Source: Aulosira sp. ZfuVER01
Lineage (GTDB): Bacteria; Cyanobacteriota; Cyanobacteriia; Cyanobacteriales; Nostocaceae
Direction of reading: 5' to 3'
DNA: 64,000 nucleotides
Assembly (NCBI GenBank): GCA_034530615.2
Contig: JAVRCV020000071.1
Span: 124,335-188,334 of the forward strand
The translations under genes and the position numbers were made by a program. Positions within the stretch are counted from its first letter, which is position 1. Each line of letters begins with the position of its first letter. This document shows positions 39,838 to 50,600 of this stretch, in pieces. The notes beneath the pieces were generated by a model, which saw nothing but the letters and a program-made list of their open reading frames with translations, was not told the origin of the DNA and did no database searches.

Positions 39838-40809
39838 TCATATATTCAATAAAAACTTTAAAATAGGTAATTTATTTTTATAGCAAGAAGAACAAAGCCT
39901 ATCAAGTTTTATTTTCCTTGATTTTCTAAAGATATAAAGCGAAATATTGATTAGTTCTTTGCCATCTGAGTCAGATGATAAATTGTCTAGCAAACGAAAA
40001 TTTGAATTGACTCCCAGTATATATTTAAAAGCATTTAAATCAACATCATCGTAAATTAACCAGGTTTTAAGGTAAGGAGCTATAGATATTAATTCACCTA
40101 TATTATAAATAATATAATTTTGATAATCTAAATATTCTTTGGTTAATTCTCTTTGATATTGATTTCTATTTCGAGGAGACTCCCCCAGCCAATTTTTACA
40201 TATTGGACAATAACCTACAAACACATCGCTAAATAATACTGATGATGATTGATTGCAATATGGGCATATTTCTAGTAATCTTCGCTGGTGTATATAACAA
40301 ATATCAATATTTGCAAAAAACCATATTAAAGGTTCATAAATAGTGGTTGCATTTTGCCTCCATTCATTAAAGCAATCAGGACACCATGCTCGGTACTGGC
40401 GACATAATCTTTTTTCATGTATTACTTCAGACCAGGGAATAAATGTTGTATAGTATATATCTTCTCTCAAAGTAAGTTGTGCAAGAGCCTCTAGAATATT
40501 GATTGTCATAAAAGTCATGCCATTTAAACTAGGTCTACTATTTCGATTACCTAATAATTTACTTATTGGCTTATCTTTAAAATCCTTGACAAACTCATCT
40601 CCTTTTAATTGTCTAGCGATTTCTTCCATTATTAATTGCCGTGGGGAGACACAATGATGAAAAGCTAGACGAGTAATATAGCTACTTAAGCTCTCTGTAT
40701 ATGGAGTAGCAACTCCTATAGGTTCTAAGCTATAAAGTTTACTCCTAGCGGGAATTTCTGGTATGGTTAAATCCCAAGAATCATAAAGAGCTAAATTATT
40801 CTTATTCAT
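39838..40809 (-). CDS. tniQ: Short TniQ family protein
   Basis: ESLSSYITRLA; WCPDC/CYIH/CPYC/CPIC; start abuts the tnsC stop. Confidence 0.85.
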   Translation of the reverse strand: MNKNNLALYDSWDLTIPEIPARSKLYSLEPIGVATPYTESLSSYITRLAFHHCVSPRQLIMEEIARQLKGDEFVKDFKDKPISKLLGNRNSRPSLNGMTFMTINILEALAQLTLREDIYYTTFIPWSEVIHEKRLCRQYRAWCPDCFNEWRQNATTIYEPLIWFFANIDICYIHQRRLLEICPYCNQSSSVLFSDVFVGYCPICKNWLGESPRNRNQYQRELTKEYLDYQNYIIYNIGELISIAPYLKTWLIYDDVDLNAFKYILGVNSNFRLLDNLSSDSDGKELINISLYIFRKSRKIKLDRLCSSCYKNKLPILKFLLNI

Positions 40810-41940
40810 TTAATCCTGCCCAACTTTATATCTGATAGGTTTTGGTTTTCCAATTGTTTTATTTGTTTTTTCTACTTGATTATTTTGATTATTAAATTCT
40901 TTATTTAAATTAGTTTCCTCCCTGTTTTGAATTAGTCTTAGTTCACGGCGTAGCTCATCAATTTCCTGTTCGGAATCTTGCAATTTTTGCTCTCCTACTT
41001 TAACAGCTTTGATAATTTTTAGACACTGGCTCACTGGGCGAGCGTGGAGTTGTAAATCTTTTAAAGTAATAGTACGAGCGTGTTCATCTTGCTCTAAAAC
41101 ATATTCAAGGGTTTCGGAAAGCCAGTCTTTCAGCATTCCTACACAGCCTATACTACGTTCATAAAGAAACTCCCAATGCTTTTCTAAATCAGGAGTATTT
41201 GATAAAGGAAGTTGTTGTTCAAAAGTTTTCAGTAAATTTTTAAAGGATTTCTCGTCTATAGAATATTCAGGATGATATCGTTGGAAATGAACTGTTTTAG
41301 TTCTTCTGCATAATTGATCTCCTAAATCGATTAAAGGTAAAAGGTCATAAGTGCCAGTTAGAATTATTTTAGTATTTGCTAGATTAGCTAACGATTTAAG
41401 GACTTCAGGTTGATCTTTTAATTTCTGCCCACTTGATAATAATGCTAGATGATGAGCTTCATCAATATAAAAAGCGTCAGGATTACGATTAATCAATGCT
41501 GATTCTACAGCACGTCTCCATTTAGCTTTAGAGTCTCGCTCGTTAACTTTTTCATCTTCATAAGTAATTTTCTTGTCTATCAGAGGCTCATTGACAGCTT
41601 TGAGAAGACGAATATAAAAGTCTTTCCAGTCAAATTGACTAAACTCTGGAGATTTTGCTTCTACACCAAAAACTGGAATTTTACCTTTATGAATTTCTAA
41701 TTGAGGTAAAGCAGCTTCGTTCAGTTTCTGCACCAAGCGACGAAGTAAGGTAGTTTTGCCAACTCCTGTAGCCCCAACAACGAAAATGAGCGATGTTCCA
41801 GGAGCTTTGTAAATAGCTCTCATTAAAGTTTGAAAAGCTTTAACTAAATGCGGATGCGCCATTGTGTAATTAGTAAAATACTCAGTTCTTTCTTTAACTG
41901 GTTGTTCTAGCAAATGTTTAGGAAATCCAGATTTTTCCAT
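40810..41940 (-). CDS. tnsC: TnsC AAA+ ATPase
   Basis: GATGVGKT, FYIDEAHH, QLCRR; lies between the transposase and tniQ. Confidence 0.88.
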   Translation of the reverse strand: MEKSGFPKHLLEQPVKERTEYFTNYTMAHPHLVKAFQTLMRAIYKAPGTSLIFVVGATGVGKTTLLRRLVQKLNEAALPQLEIHKGKIPVFGVEAKSPEFSQFDWKDFYIRLLKAVNEPLIDKKITYEDEKVNERDSKAKWRRAVESALINRNPDAFYIDEAHHLALLSSGQKLKDQPEVLKSLANLANTKIILTGTYDLLPLIDLGDQLCRRTKTVHFQRYHPEYSIDEKSFKNLLKTFEQQLPLSNTPDLEKHWEFLYERSIGCVGMLKDWLSETLEYVLEQDEHARTITLKDLQLHARPVSQCLKIIKAVKVGEQKLQDSEQEIDELRRELRLIQNREETNLNKEFNNQNNQVEKTNKTIGKPKPIRYKVGQD

Positions 41941-41942
41941 AA

Positions 41943-44702
41943 CTAAAAATCCTCATAGTATTCAAAATTATTAGGATCATCTTCTTCAAGATGTGAAATT
42001 TGTATTGATTCCTCCGCATCGGTCTTAGCATCAATATCAATTGTTACTGTCCTATGAGGATGAGATAAATTTTTACCTTCTATAATGTCAAGTACGATTC
42101 GGTTTTCAAGGGCTTGCAAGCGACTTTTAAGTAATTCGCCTTCTAAAGCTTGGGCAGATTGTAAGTGCTTGATGAGGTCTGTATCTGAAATTTCAACCCG
42201 CTTTGCATGACCGGATTTCCGTTGACGCAAGTCAGCACTAATGACTTTGAGTTCTTTTTCAGTTCGACCTTGCAAGTATTGATAGTGATCAGAAACACAT
42301 TCCCGCCAATACCCTTTTACATAAGCCTGGACAATACCTACATTAAAAGGGTTAATTTTTACATCGACAGACGTTTTTTCAACTTCTGGATCGCGAAATT
42401 CCGTACACCAGTAATAAATATTGTTAATCTTAATGCCCCTGCCTGGTTGAACAACTCTAGTATCTCCATTTTCTGGTGAAGGTAATGTGAGAATTTCTAA
42501 TGTTGCGTCATAGTCAATACGACGCATTTCTCGTCTTCCACCCAGAGCAATACCTATTTCATAAGCTTGGTAAGGGCTTTGACCAAGGGAAGAATGCTCA
42601 CGTTTGTCGTAGATTTCATAAGACCAATGTTCAAGACTTTGATATAATTCTCCAATTGTCCAAACTGCTTGATTTTTAGGATTCACTGCTTTAGTAACTT
42701 GGCGACGTTTTTGCAGAATCTGGGTATTGCCTTGAAGTTCGTGTATCCAGAGAGTGTTAGTTGTTCCAAATACTCGCTCGACAGGATTACCGTAACGAGG
42801 TTCACCGGGAGGTCGATATTTGTGATGACATTTGTAATAAGCCAACAGTTGTTTGAAGTAAATGCTATGAAATTCTCTACCGTTATCAGTGACTATTGTT
42901 TGAGGTAAACGTTTAAAATGTTGGACACAAATGCGAATGACCATCATACAACTTCGATAGCTAGGCTCTTCAAATGATAGGTAAACCGCAAGAATTCGCT
43001 TACAGTAGCCATCAACCATGAAAGTTGCCCAACATCGACCTAATAACTTGATTTCATCAAGAGAAATTGCGGAACTTATATTACAAGTAGTTAAAGAAAT
43101 TAGAGAACTTACTAAATCGACATCCAGGGGAGTATGGTCAATATGAGCGTTTTCCCAAGGCAAATCACCATTACGTGGTATTCCTTCGGTACTATGGAAA
43201 GGTTTTGACTGTTTAGCAACTCGGCTTCCATAACGAGCTTTCACAAGTTGATAATTATTTTTGAGTTTGATTTGAAGGCGGAACGTCTTATCTGAGGGTG
43301 GTTCAAATGGTGGGTTGTGTTTCTTGCAAGCTTCTTTAAAATCTCGATAGACGGCAGTAATGCGTCGGTTTGTAGCAGTAAAATAATTTTCTTCAATAAA
43401 CTCATTCATGAAAGCGACTAGGGCTACATCAAGTTTTTGATGATGTCCCTTATCAAGATGTTGAGGTAAAAGACCCAGATAGCCATTTCCCTTACCGTAG
43501 AGTTTTTCTGCTTCTCGATAGCGATCGCGCCAACGTCGGATAGAACGGTTGACTTTGGTAATAGGTGGCGCATCATCTTCAAAATAGAGCTTGATTTGGT
43601 CATAGCGTTCATTGGCTGTTTGAATATCTTTAGGTCTAGCACGACTGAGTACTGCTTGAATTTCAGCTAGAGAATCCGACTCAACTGAAACTTCTGAAGT
43701 AGTAATGTGTCCCTGCAAGAACAACTCATCAAATTCTTTGTTGAGTAAGCTTGTAGTTTTGCCGTCAGATCGTTTCAGGTACACTCTCTCTTGACCAGCA
43801 TTAGTAATTTCCCAGTATTCACCATCCCAGGAAAGAGATTTACCTACATCAACTTTGAGAGTATTAATGCCAAATTTCCCAGTATTTGCGGTAATAGTTA
43901 ACGAATTTTCTTGATATGCCTGAGCGAGTTCTTTAGTAGAAAAAACTCTAACTTTATCAGGTTCAGCTAGAGTAGCAGTGTCAAAGTTAATGAAAATTTT
44001 TTCTGTGGCAATTAACCAATTAAGATCATCGGGGTTAGTGCTATCGATGGAAATTAGTAATTGACTATAGGTAATTCCTGGCTGTGTTTGGACTTGATCA
44101 AGAATTGACTGAAAAATAAATTTCTCAGAAAATTGCTGCTTTTGCTGAAAATATGGCTCTAGCCAAATCCAGTTTCGTAACCGAATAGGACTAATTTCGG
44201 CAGAGGTTCTCACACGGTAATTGAGTCCGTATTTTCGAGCATATTCCTCCCCTGGAGGACAATGCCAATTTCCATCCTCATCTTGAATGTAACGATTAGG
44301 TTGTTCTTCTGTTAGCTTAAGAAGTTCTTCTTCAGGTTTAAATTCTTCCCAACCTATCCAGTTGTTTTCAATAACAAAAAAGTCAGGTGTATGACGAGTG
44401 CGAACTTTTCTGTCGGTTTTGCTAAAGTAAATTAGTTCAATTGCTGGGGGTTGGTCATAATATTCTAAAACTTCTTTGCCATGTTCTAAATTTTCAATGA
44501 TATGACCTAATTCACCTCGATGGGACTCAAATTGAATTGTTCTACCCATCTTGTCACTACAGTAATTACCACAGACGTTACCATAATTGCCTTGAACTGC
44601 ACGAGAAGGTTCTGATACTCTAATGTGGGCAATCAGTTGGCAAGTGCTATTAGAAAATTTGAGTTGATAGCATAAAGCTTCAAACTCTTCTAGAGACAGC
44701 AT
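41943..44702 (-). CDS. tnsAB: TnsA-TnsB fusion transposase
   Basis: N-terminal TnsA motifs (QFESHRGE, HTPDFFV, EEFKP); C-terminal DDE motifs (HIDHT, VTDNGREF, PVERVFG). Confidence 0.9.
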   Translation of the reverse strand: MLSLEEFEALCYQLKFSNSTCQLIAHIRVSEPSRAVQGNYGNVCGNYCSDKMGRTIQFESHRGELGHIIENLEHGKEVLEYYDQPPAIELIYFSKTDRKVRTRHTPDFFVIENNWIGWEEFKPEEELLKLTEEQPNRYIQDEDGNWHCPPGEEYARKYGLNYRVRTSAEISPIRLRNWIWLEPYFQQKQQFSEKFIFQSILDQVQTQPGITYSQLLISIDSTNPDDLNWLIATEKIFINFDTATLAEPDKVRVFSTKELAQAYQENSLTITANTGKFGINTLKVDVGKSLSWDGEYWEITNAGQERVYLKRSDGKTTSLLNKEFDELFLQGHITTSEVSVESDSLAEIQAVLSRARPKDIQTANERYDQIKLYFEDDAPPITKVNRSIRRWRDRYREAEKLYGKGNGYLGLLPQHLDKGHHQKLDVALVAFMNEFIEENYFTATNRRITAVYRDFKEACKKHNPPFEPPSDKTFRLQIKLKNNYQLVKARYGSRVAKQSKPFHSTEGIPRNGDLPWENAHIDHTPLDVDLVSSLISLTTCNISSAISLDEIKLLGRCWATFMVDGYCKRILAVYLSFEEPSYRSCMMVIRICVQHFKRLPQTIVTDNGREFHSIYFKQLLAYYKCHHKYRPPGEPRYGNPVERVFGTTNTLWIHELQGNTQILQKRRQVTKAVNPKNQAVWTIGELYQSLEHWSYEIYDKREHSSLGQSPYQAYEIGIALGGRREMRRIDYDATLEILTLPSPENGDTRVVQPGRGIKINNIYYWCTEFRDPEVEKTSVDVKINPFNVGIVQAYVKGYWRECVSDHYQYLQGRTEKELKVISADLRQRKSGHAKRVEISDTDLIKHLQSAQALEGELLKSRLQALENRIVLDIIEGKNLSHPHRTVTIDIDAKTDAEESIQISHLEEDDPNNFEYYEDF

Positions 44703-44853
44703 GAATTTAGATATATATAATACTTCAGTTTAGAAAAAGACAATTGACAGATTTTTTCAGTTTCAAAAAACTTACAAAATCGTAGTTAAACATTAAAAAT
44801 TGAGAAATTTCTCAACAAGAACAAAAGCTGCTATTGAGTAAAAATTAGGAATA

Positions 44854-44873
44854 GACGTGGTTTTAACCACGTC
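44854..44873. terminator. Hairpin between the 44905 ORF and tnsAB
   Basis: GACGTGGT-TTTA-ACCACGTC. Confidence 0.4.
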
Positions 44874-44904
44874 CTTAAGTGGAAAAATAATTGAACAAAG
44901 TCTT

Positions 44905-45207
44905 CTAAGCTACGTCTACTACTAGTAAACTATTAACAGCGATGATGATTACCTGTGCTGCAAAAGCAGAATCACAAAATTGTCTGTCTTCGCTATTACA
45001 GGGTTGTGCTACCCACTTACCCTCCAGATTTTGGTAAAAAGTACCAAGAAGTTGGGAACCATTCCAGACTCGGTAAAGTTCTCCAAAAACCTCGGATACC
45101 GAGTCGATTTCAATTTCTAGTGCTACTGGAGCAGTAAGTTGGTCAATATACTTCTCAAACTCTGATTGAGCCGAGGCTGAGTCGCTAAACTCATCTTGTA
45201 CAATCAT
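44905..45207 (-). CDS. Small acidic hypothetical protein
   Basis: ATG preceded by GAGG; LYRVW...LLGTFY...W. Confidence 0.65.
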   Translation of the reverse strand: MIVQDEFSDSASAQSEFEKYIDQLTAPVALEIEIDSVSEVFGELYRVWNGSQLLGTFYQNLEGKWVAQPCNSEDRQFCDSAFAAQVIIIAVNSLLVVDVA

Positions 45208-45235
45208 GTAAGTAACCTCATTGATGGGGTTGAAT

Positions 45236-45278
45236 AAAAGGCGATCGCATTACTCTTGGCGGAGGGCGATCGCCTTTT
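45236..45278. other. 13-bp-stem hairpin built from two HIP1 sites in the leader of the 45207 ORF
   Basis: AAAAGGCGATCGC-N17-GCGATCGCCTTTT. Confidence 0.7.
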
Positions 45279-45337
45279 TAATTCTAGATTTATTTTAGCT
45301 ACTATAGTAACCAATATCAATATATGTATGGAAAACT

Positions 45338-45631
45338 TTATTCAGTCACTTCTACCGTGCTAAGAAAATCCTTTAAGGAAATACCCAAAGCCAAGCAAAC
45401 AGCCTCTAATACTTTAATAGAAACACTTTCGGATTCGGCGTACTCTAATTTTTTCAGGTTTTGGTGAGAGCATTCCCCACCCTTAGCAGCAATCTCATCT
45501 ACCAGTTGCTGTCGGGACTTTTTACCACGCAAACGCCTTAAAGCCTCGGCTCTGTCATTATTCCAGGTAACAGAAACAACGTCTGCAACATAAATATACA
45601 TTTTAGTTTTTCTATTCCTCTCATTGCTCAT
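45338..45631 (-). CDS. XRE-family HTH transcriptional regulator
   Basis: LRRLRGKKSRQQL...SHQNLKKLE...VSIKVLEAVCLALGISL. Confidence 0.8.
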   Translation of the reverse strand: MSNERNRKTKMYIYVADVVSVTWNNDRAEALRRLRGKKSRQQLVDEIAAKGGECSHQNLKKLEYAESESVSIKVLEAVCLALGISLKDFLSTVEVTE

Positions 45632-45859
45632 ATAATAGCTACAGCAGTAAACAAAACTTATAAATTTGGGTTACTACAGTTTACAAACTATGAGCATCTA
45701 CGCGCTGGCTCACCAATTTTCATGCTTTGGAGTAAAGTCTGACCTGCGGCAGGCAAGCTCAGCATTGCCTTCAGATGGAATATCCCAAATAATGGTAAAG
45801 AATCAATTACATGAAATTGGCACTAAAGTTCTTACTTATCAAAGAATCAGTATCTAAAT

Positions 45860-46393
45860 TTATGGGGTACTTATATCCTTCATAAGTTGGCGGTAATCAG
45901 CGTATCCTAATTTCTTAGCAAGACTAATCGCATAAAGCTTGGCTCTTTCAATTTTCTTTGCTTCTATTGCTTCTGCCAGTTTCTCAGTCAAGATTAATGT
46001 GGACTCTTGATCGAGCTTTTCTTTCTGAGCAATGGCTAAAAGTTTTTGAGATTCGGCTATTGTTTCTTCAGAAGACCCTCCTAATTGAAAAACAATTCCA
46101 GCACCACTCTCGCTGCCGTAGGGTGTAGTTCTGAGCATTATAAAACCACACAATTGCTTGTTGCACGAAGGGGGTGTGAGAGGATTAGAAAAACCATTAA
46201 AACCATTAAAACCATTAAGTTGTACTCCGTTTTGCTGGATAGAAGTTGTATCTTGAGGTTCGGTGTTGGAGTTATCAGTCAGTGTTGGTGCAGAGTTAGT
46301 TCCAGAGTCAGCGATCGCTTTACCTATTCCCACAAAAAAGCATAAATAAATCACCAACATTGATGCTAGTTTTTCAAAGATATCTTTATTCAT
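45860..46393 (-). CDS. Exported hypothetical protein
   Basis: Hydrophobic N-terminus ending AIA; helical C-terminus. Confidence 0.65.
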   Translation of the reverse strand: MNKDIFEKLASMLVIYLCFFVGIGKAIADSGTNSAPTLTDNSNTEPQDTTSIQQNGVQLNGFNGFNGFSNPLTPPSCNKQLCGFIMLRTTPYGSESGAGIVFQLGGSSEETIAESQKLLAIAQKEKLDQESTLILTEKLAEAIEAKKIERAKLYAISLAKKLGYADYRQLMKDISTP

Positions 46394-46421
46394 AGTTGCA
46401 CCTGTTAAGAAAAGAAATTAG

Positions 46422-46459
46422 GTAAAAGCCGCAACAAAAACTTCCGTTGCGGCTTTTAC
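46422..46459. terminator. Intrinsic terminator-like hairpin
   Basis: GTAAAAGCCGCAAC-N10-GTTGCGGCTTTTAC just after the stop of the 46469 ORF. Confidence 0.7.
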
Positions 46460-46468
46460 TTCAAGGGC

Positions 46469-47464
46469 TTAACGGCTTGCGCGATCGCATAACTGAGTAC
46501 CTCCCGACGAAGCGAAACAGGATGTACGCATTTTCGCTGCCTCTCCATCTGCAATCGGTGATAAAGAAGCAACGGTATAGTAATAAACACCTTTGAGGGT
46601 ATCTCCTGTTCCATCAAGGTCACGCAAGGTCAGCGAATTGCTGGTTGCAACCTGTTGTCCGCTCCAGACTCTAGGGGGTAAATTCCCAACTGAACCGCGA
46701 TACATTTGCCAATAAACTGTGCGGCCAGACAGGTTTTGTGCTTGAACGGTTAAGTCAACAGAGGCTATAGAAACGCTCAACTGACTAATAGGAGATTGGA
46801 AAGTAGTAGCTTGTGGTTGGGTAACTGTACTGTTGCTAGAAGTAAGCTTAGTATATAAAGCGGGAAGTGTTTTAGTAAAACCTACACCATCCACTACTTC
46901 GTTTTGGGTAGGCAAGCCAAAGTGAAGGTGAAGGTGAATCCCTTTGCTTACTGCACACTTAGGATCATTAGGCTTGTCAGCGGCAACAACACCAATCTGT
47001 TCACCTGCACGAAACTGACGATTGTTATAGATATTTCTAGAGTTCCCTTGAACATGGAACAAAGTATATTGCCTGGGCTTAGTATTATTAGGTTGTTGAT
47101 TAGCTTGTTCAAGCATAATTGCGTAGTGGTTAGAAGTCCCTTTTGCAACACAATACCAGACCACTTTTGAATCAACAGGTGCGAGGACTGGAGTACCTGC
47201 TGGAAGCTCAATATCAAATGCTGACTTGCCTAAACCATCGATGTGCAATGTCTGGGACAATATACCAGAAACTCCTCCTTGCCAAGGAAATTTGCCAAGA
47301 GTATTTGCTTGTGCTTGGGCAGCAATAACACTTGTTAGAAGAATCGTAGAAGCGATCCCAGCAGAAGTTACAGTTCCAAAGATGGGATTTTTAAGTAATT
47401 GTTGCATATTAGCTCCAAATGTTTTGTGAATAGAGGTGTTTGCTTTTTGTCTTGGCTCAATCAC
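46469..47464 (-). CDS. Secreted M23-family metallopeptidase-like protein with extra C-terminal domain (start may be ATG 47407)
   Basis: Signal peptide (AQA); AFDIELPAGTPVLAP, YTLFHV, GEQIG, GIHLHLHF. Confidence 0.65.
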   Translation of the reverse strand: MIEPRQKANTSIHKTFGANMQQLLKNPIFGTVTSAGIASTILLTSVIAAQAQANTLGKFPWQGGVSGILSQTLHIDGLGKSAFDIELPAGTPVLAPVDSKVVWYCVAKGTSNHYAIMLEQANQQPNNTKPRQYTLFHVQGNSRNIYNNRQFRAGEQIGVVAADKPNDPKCAVSKGIHLHLHFGLPTQNEVVDGVGFTKTLPALYTKLTSSNSTVTQPQATTFQSPISQLSVSIASVDLTVQAQNLSGRTVYWQMYRGSVGNLPPRVWSGQQVATSNSLTLRDLDGTGDTLKGVYYYTVASLSPIADGEAAKMRTSCFASSGGTQLCDRASR

Positions 47465-47674
47465 CTTGACGGTTTTAAGTTGTCGCTCAACACTGGGTTG
47501 TGTTTTGCGATGAGATAGTTATAAATCGGGACAAATAGCCGTCCGCAATAGGGATATTAAAATTCGTAGAAACCTTGCTGAATAAGCTTTTTCAATGGGG
47601 ACAGTAATGGGGATATGGGGACATTTGTGTATGATCTTAAAAAGATTTAGATATTTAATGGATATTTAAAATAC

Positions 47675-50600
47675 ATGGCTGATGGGGATTCACTCGGAGA
47701 AGAAACTCAAACAAGAGCATGGGCTTTTGTGTATGCACTGTTTACGACACATGAAAACCCTGAAGCAGATATAACTCAGGGGCAAATAAAGATCGTGCGG
47801 AAGAATTGGAGAGATGATCGTAAAAATGGACATCCCACACTCGTTGTAACTGCTTATAAAAATGACTTACTTAAAGTAATCGGAAAACAGAAACAAATTT
47901 TAGGCAACCTAAAATTTAATGGTGATCACTTTTCCTCTGCATATAACACATGGCTTGCAAAAAGAGAGCCGCTTGATATTCTCACAGATTTGCGAGAGGT
48001 TAATCGTGGATCGAAAGCAAACCTCTACCCATTTGAGCTAAGGCTGTGGAGTACGGTGCTAGAGGATAACAAGCGTGAATTTGACAAGGCATGGGAAGAA
48101 GGAAAACAGCGGAAAAAAGGAGGAGATAGTAGCTTTATATATGATGTTTTTTCCGAAAAATGTCCCTATCAAGGCTTATTTGCTTTTAAAAAAGAGGATG
48201 CGCCTTTTTTCTTTGGGCGTGAAAATTTTATTCAAACTTTAGTAAATGCGGTACAAGCAAAACCGCTAGTGGCAGTTGTTGGTAATTCTGGAATTGGTAA
48301 ATCATCGGTAATTTTTGCTGGGCTTATTCCTACATTAGAGGAACTAGGAACATGGAATATAGCAACTTTCAGACCAACTAATAGTCCTTTTTACGGACTG
48401 GCTAAGGCATTACTTGAATTATTTGAACCAGAGATGCATACGTTAGAACGAGTAATCAAAGCTAAAAAATATGTAGAGAATTTCAAAAAAGAAGATTTAA
48501 CTTTAAAAAATATTTTAGAATTTAAGTTCCAAGAATTTTCTTCTAAAGAGCGGTTTTTAATAGTCATTGATCAATTTGAAGAACTTTACACACTTTCTTT
48601 TGAGGATGAAAGAAATCTTTTTCTAGATCAATTATTAGAAGTAATCGAAATAGAAAGTAAAAAACGAATACCTGATGTTATTTTAGTTATTACTTTGAGA
48701 GCAGATTTTTATGGATATGCTCTATCCCATCCAGCTTTAGGGAAAGCTTTGCAAAAATGGAAGCCAGAAAATCTGCTAAGGATGAATATTGATGAGTTAA
48801 AAGAGGCTATTGAAAAACCTGCGAAGGTAGCAGGATTAAAAATTCAATATGGACTAACGAAAATTATCCTGGATGCTATCAAGAACAATCAGGGTGAATT
48901 ACCTTTACTAGAGTTTACCCTAGAAAAACTATGGGAAAAGCGTAGTAATGGTCAATTAACAATTTCCGCCTATGATGAAATTGGGGGAGTAGAGAAAGCC
49001 TTAGCTAATCATGCTGAAGAAGTTTACAACAAGTTAGACGAAGAAGAGAAGAAGCAAGCCAAGCATATATTTACTCAATTAGTACGTTTTGGAGAAAATA
49101 CAGATAATACCCGTCGTCTGGCTACCCGTGATGAAATTGGGGAAGAAAACTGGAAATTAGTAACTAGATTAGCTAGTTCAGAGCGCGAATTAGAAGCTCG
49201 GTTAGTAATTACAGGTTACGATGAATCTAAACAAAAACCGACTGTAGAGGTAGTTCATGAAGCTTTAATTAGAGGTTGGGAACGTTTGCGGAATTGGATG
49301 GAAGAAGACCGGGAATTTAGAAAATGGCAAGATAGGTTACGCACGGAAAAAGATATCTGGGAAAATAGTGGTCAAGATAGTGGTGCTTTGTTAAGAGGAG
49401 CATTACTGGTAGAAGCTGAAGAATGGTTAAAACAAAAAAGTGAAAATATTACTAACCAAAAAGAAATAGAATTTATTATAGCTAGTCGTCAGTATCAAGA
49501 ACAGGAAGATATTGAACGAATTCAAGAGTTGTTAAATTTATCTCAAAAGGAATTACAGTTAAAACAACAGTTAAATTCCTTGGTTATTGCTGTTAAAGCA
49601 GGTGTCAAGTTACGCAATATTAAAGAGCCTTCACAGGAATTAAAGAATAATGTTATTGAAAGGCTACAACAAGGAAGTTATGAGATTAGCGAAAGGAATC
49701 AACTTGTCAGTCATATAAATGAAGTAGTTGGTGTTAATTTTAGCCCTGATGGACAAATAATTGCTTCTGCCAGTGACGATCACACGATTAAACTTTGGAA
49801 CTTAGATGGTCAGATTTTAAACACCCTAGAAGGACATACTGATCAGGTCTGGGGAGTAAGTTTTAGTCCTAATGGACAAATAATTGCTTCTGCTAGTGCT
49901 GATAAAACCGTAAGATTATGGAACTTAGATGGTCAGCTTTTAAACACCCTAGAAGGACATACTGATCGGGTCTATGGAATAAGTTTTAGTCCTGATGGAC
50001 AAATAATTGCTTCTGGTAGTATTGACAAAACTGTCAAATTATGGAGTGTGGATGGGAAACTCTTAAATATCCTAGAAGGACATAGTGAACAAGTCTGGGG
50101 AGTAAGTTTTAGCCCTGATGGACAAATAATTGCTTCTGCTAGTGATGACAAAACTGTTAGATTATGGAGTGTGGATGGGAAAATTTTAAACACCCTAGAA
50201 GGACATACTGAGCAAGTCTGGAGAGTAAGTTTTAGCCCTGATGGACAAATAATTGCTTCTGCTAGTTTTGACAAAACTGTCAAATTATGGGGTGTGGATG
50301 GGAAACTTTTAAACACTCTAAAAGGACATACTAATAGAGTCTATGGAGTAAGTTTTAGCCCTGATGGACAAATAATTGCTTCTACTAGTGTTGACAAAAC
50401 TATCAGATTATGGAGTGTGGACGGGAAACTCTTGAACACCCTAGAAGGACATAACGAAACAGTCTATGGAGTAAGTTTTAGCCCTGATGGACAAATAATT
50501 GCTTCTGCTAGTGTTGATAAAACTGTTAGATTATGGTGTCTGGATAAGACGCTATTGAGTACCCTAGAAGGACATAATGATCCAGTTTATGAAGCAAGTT

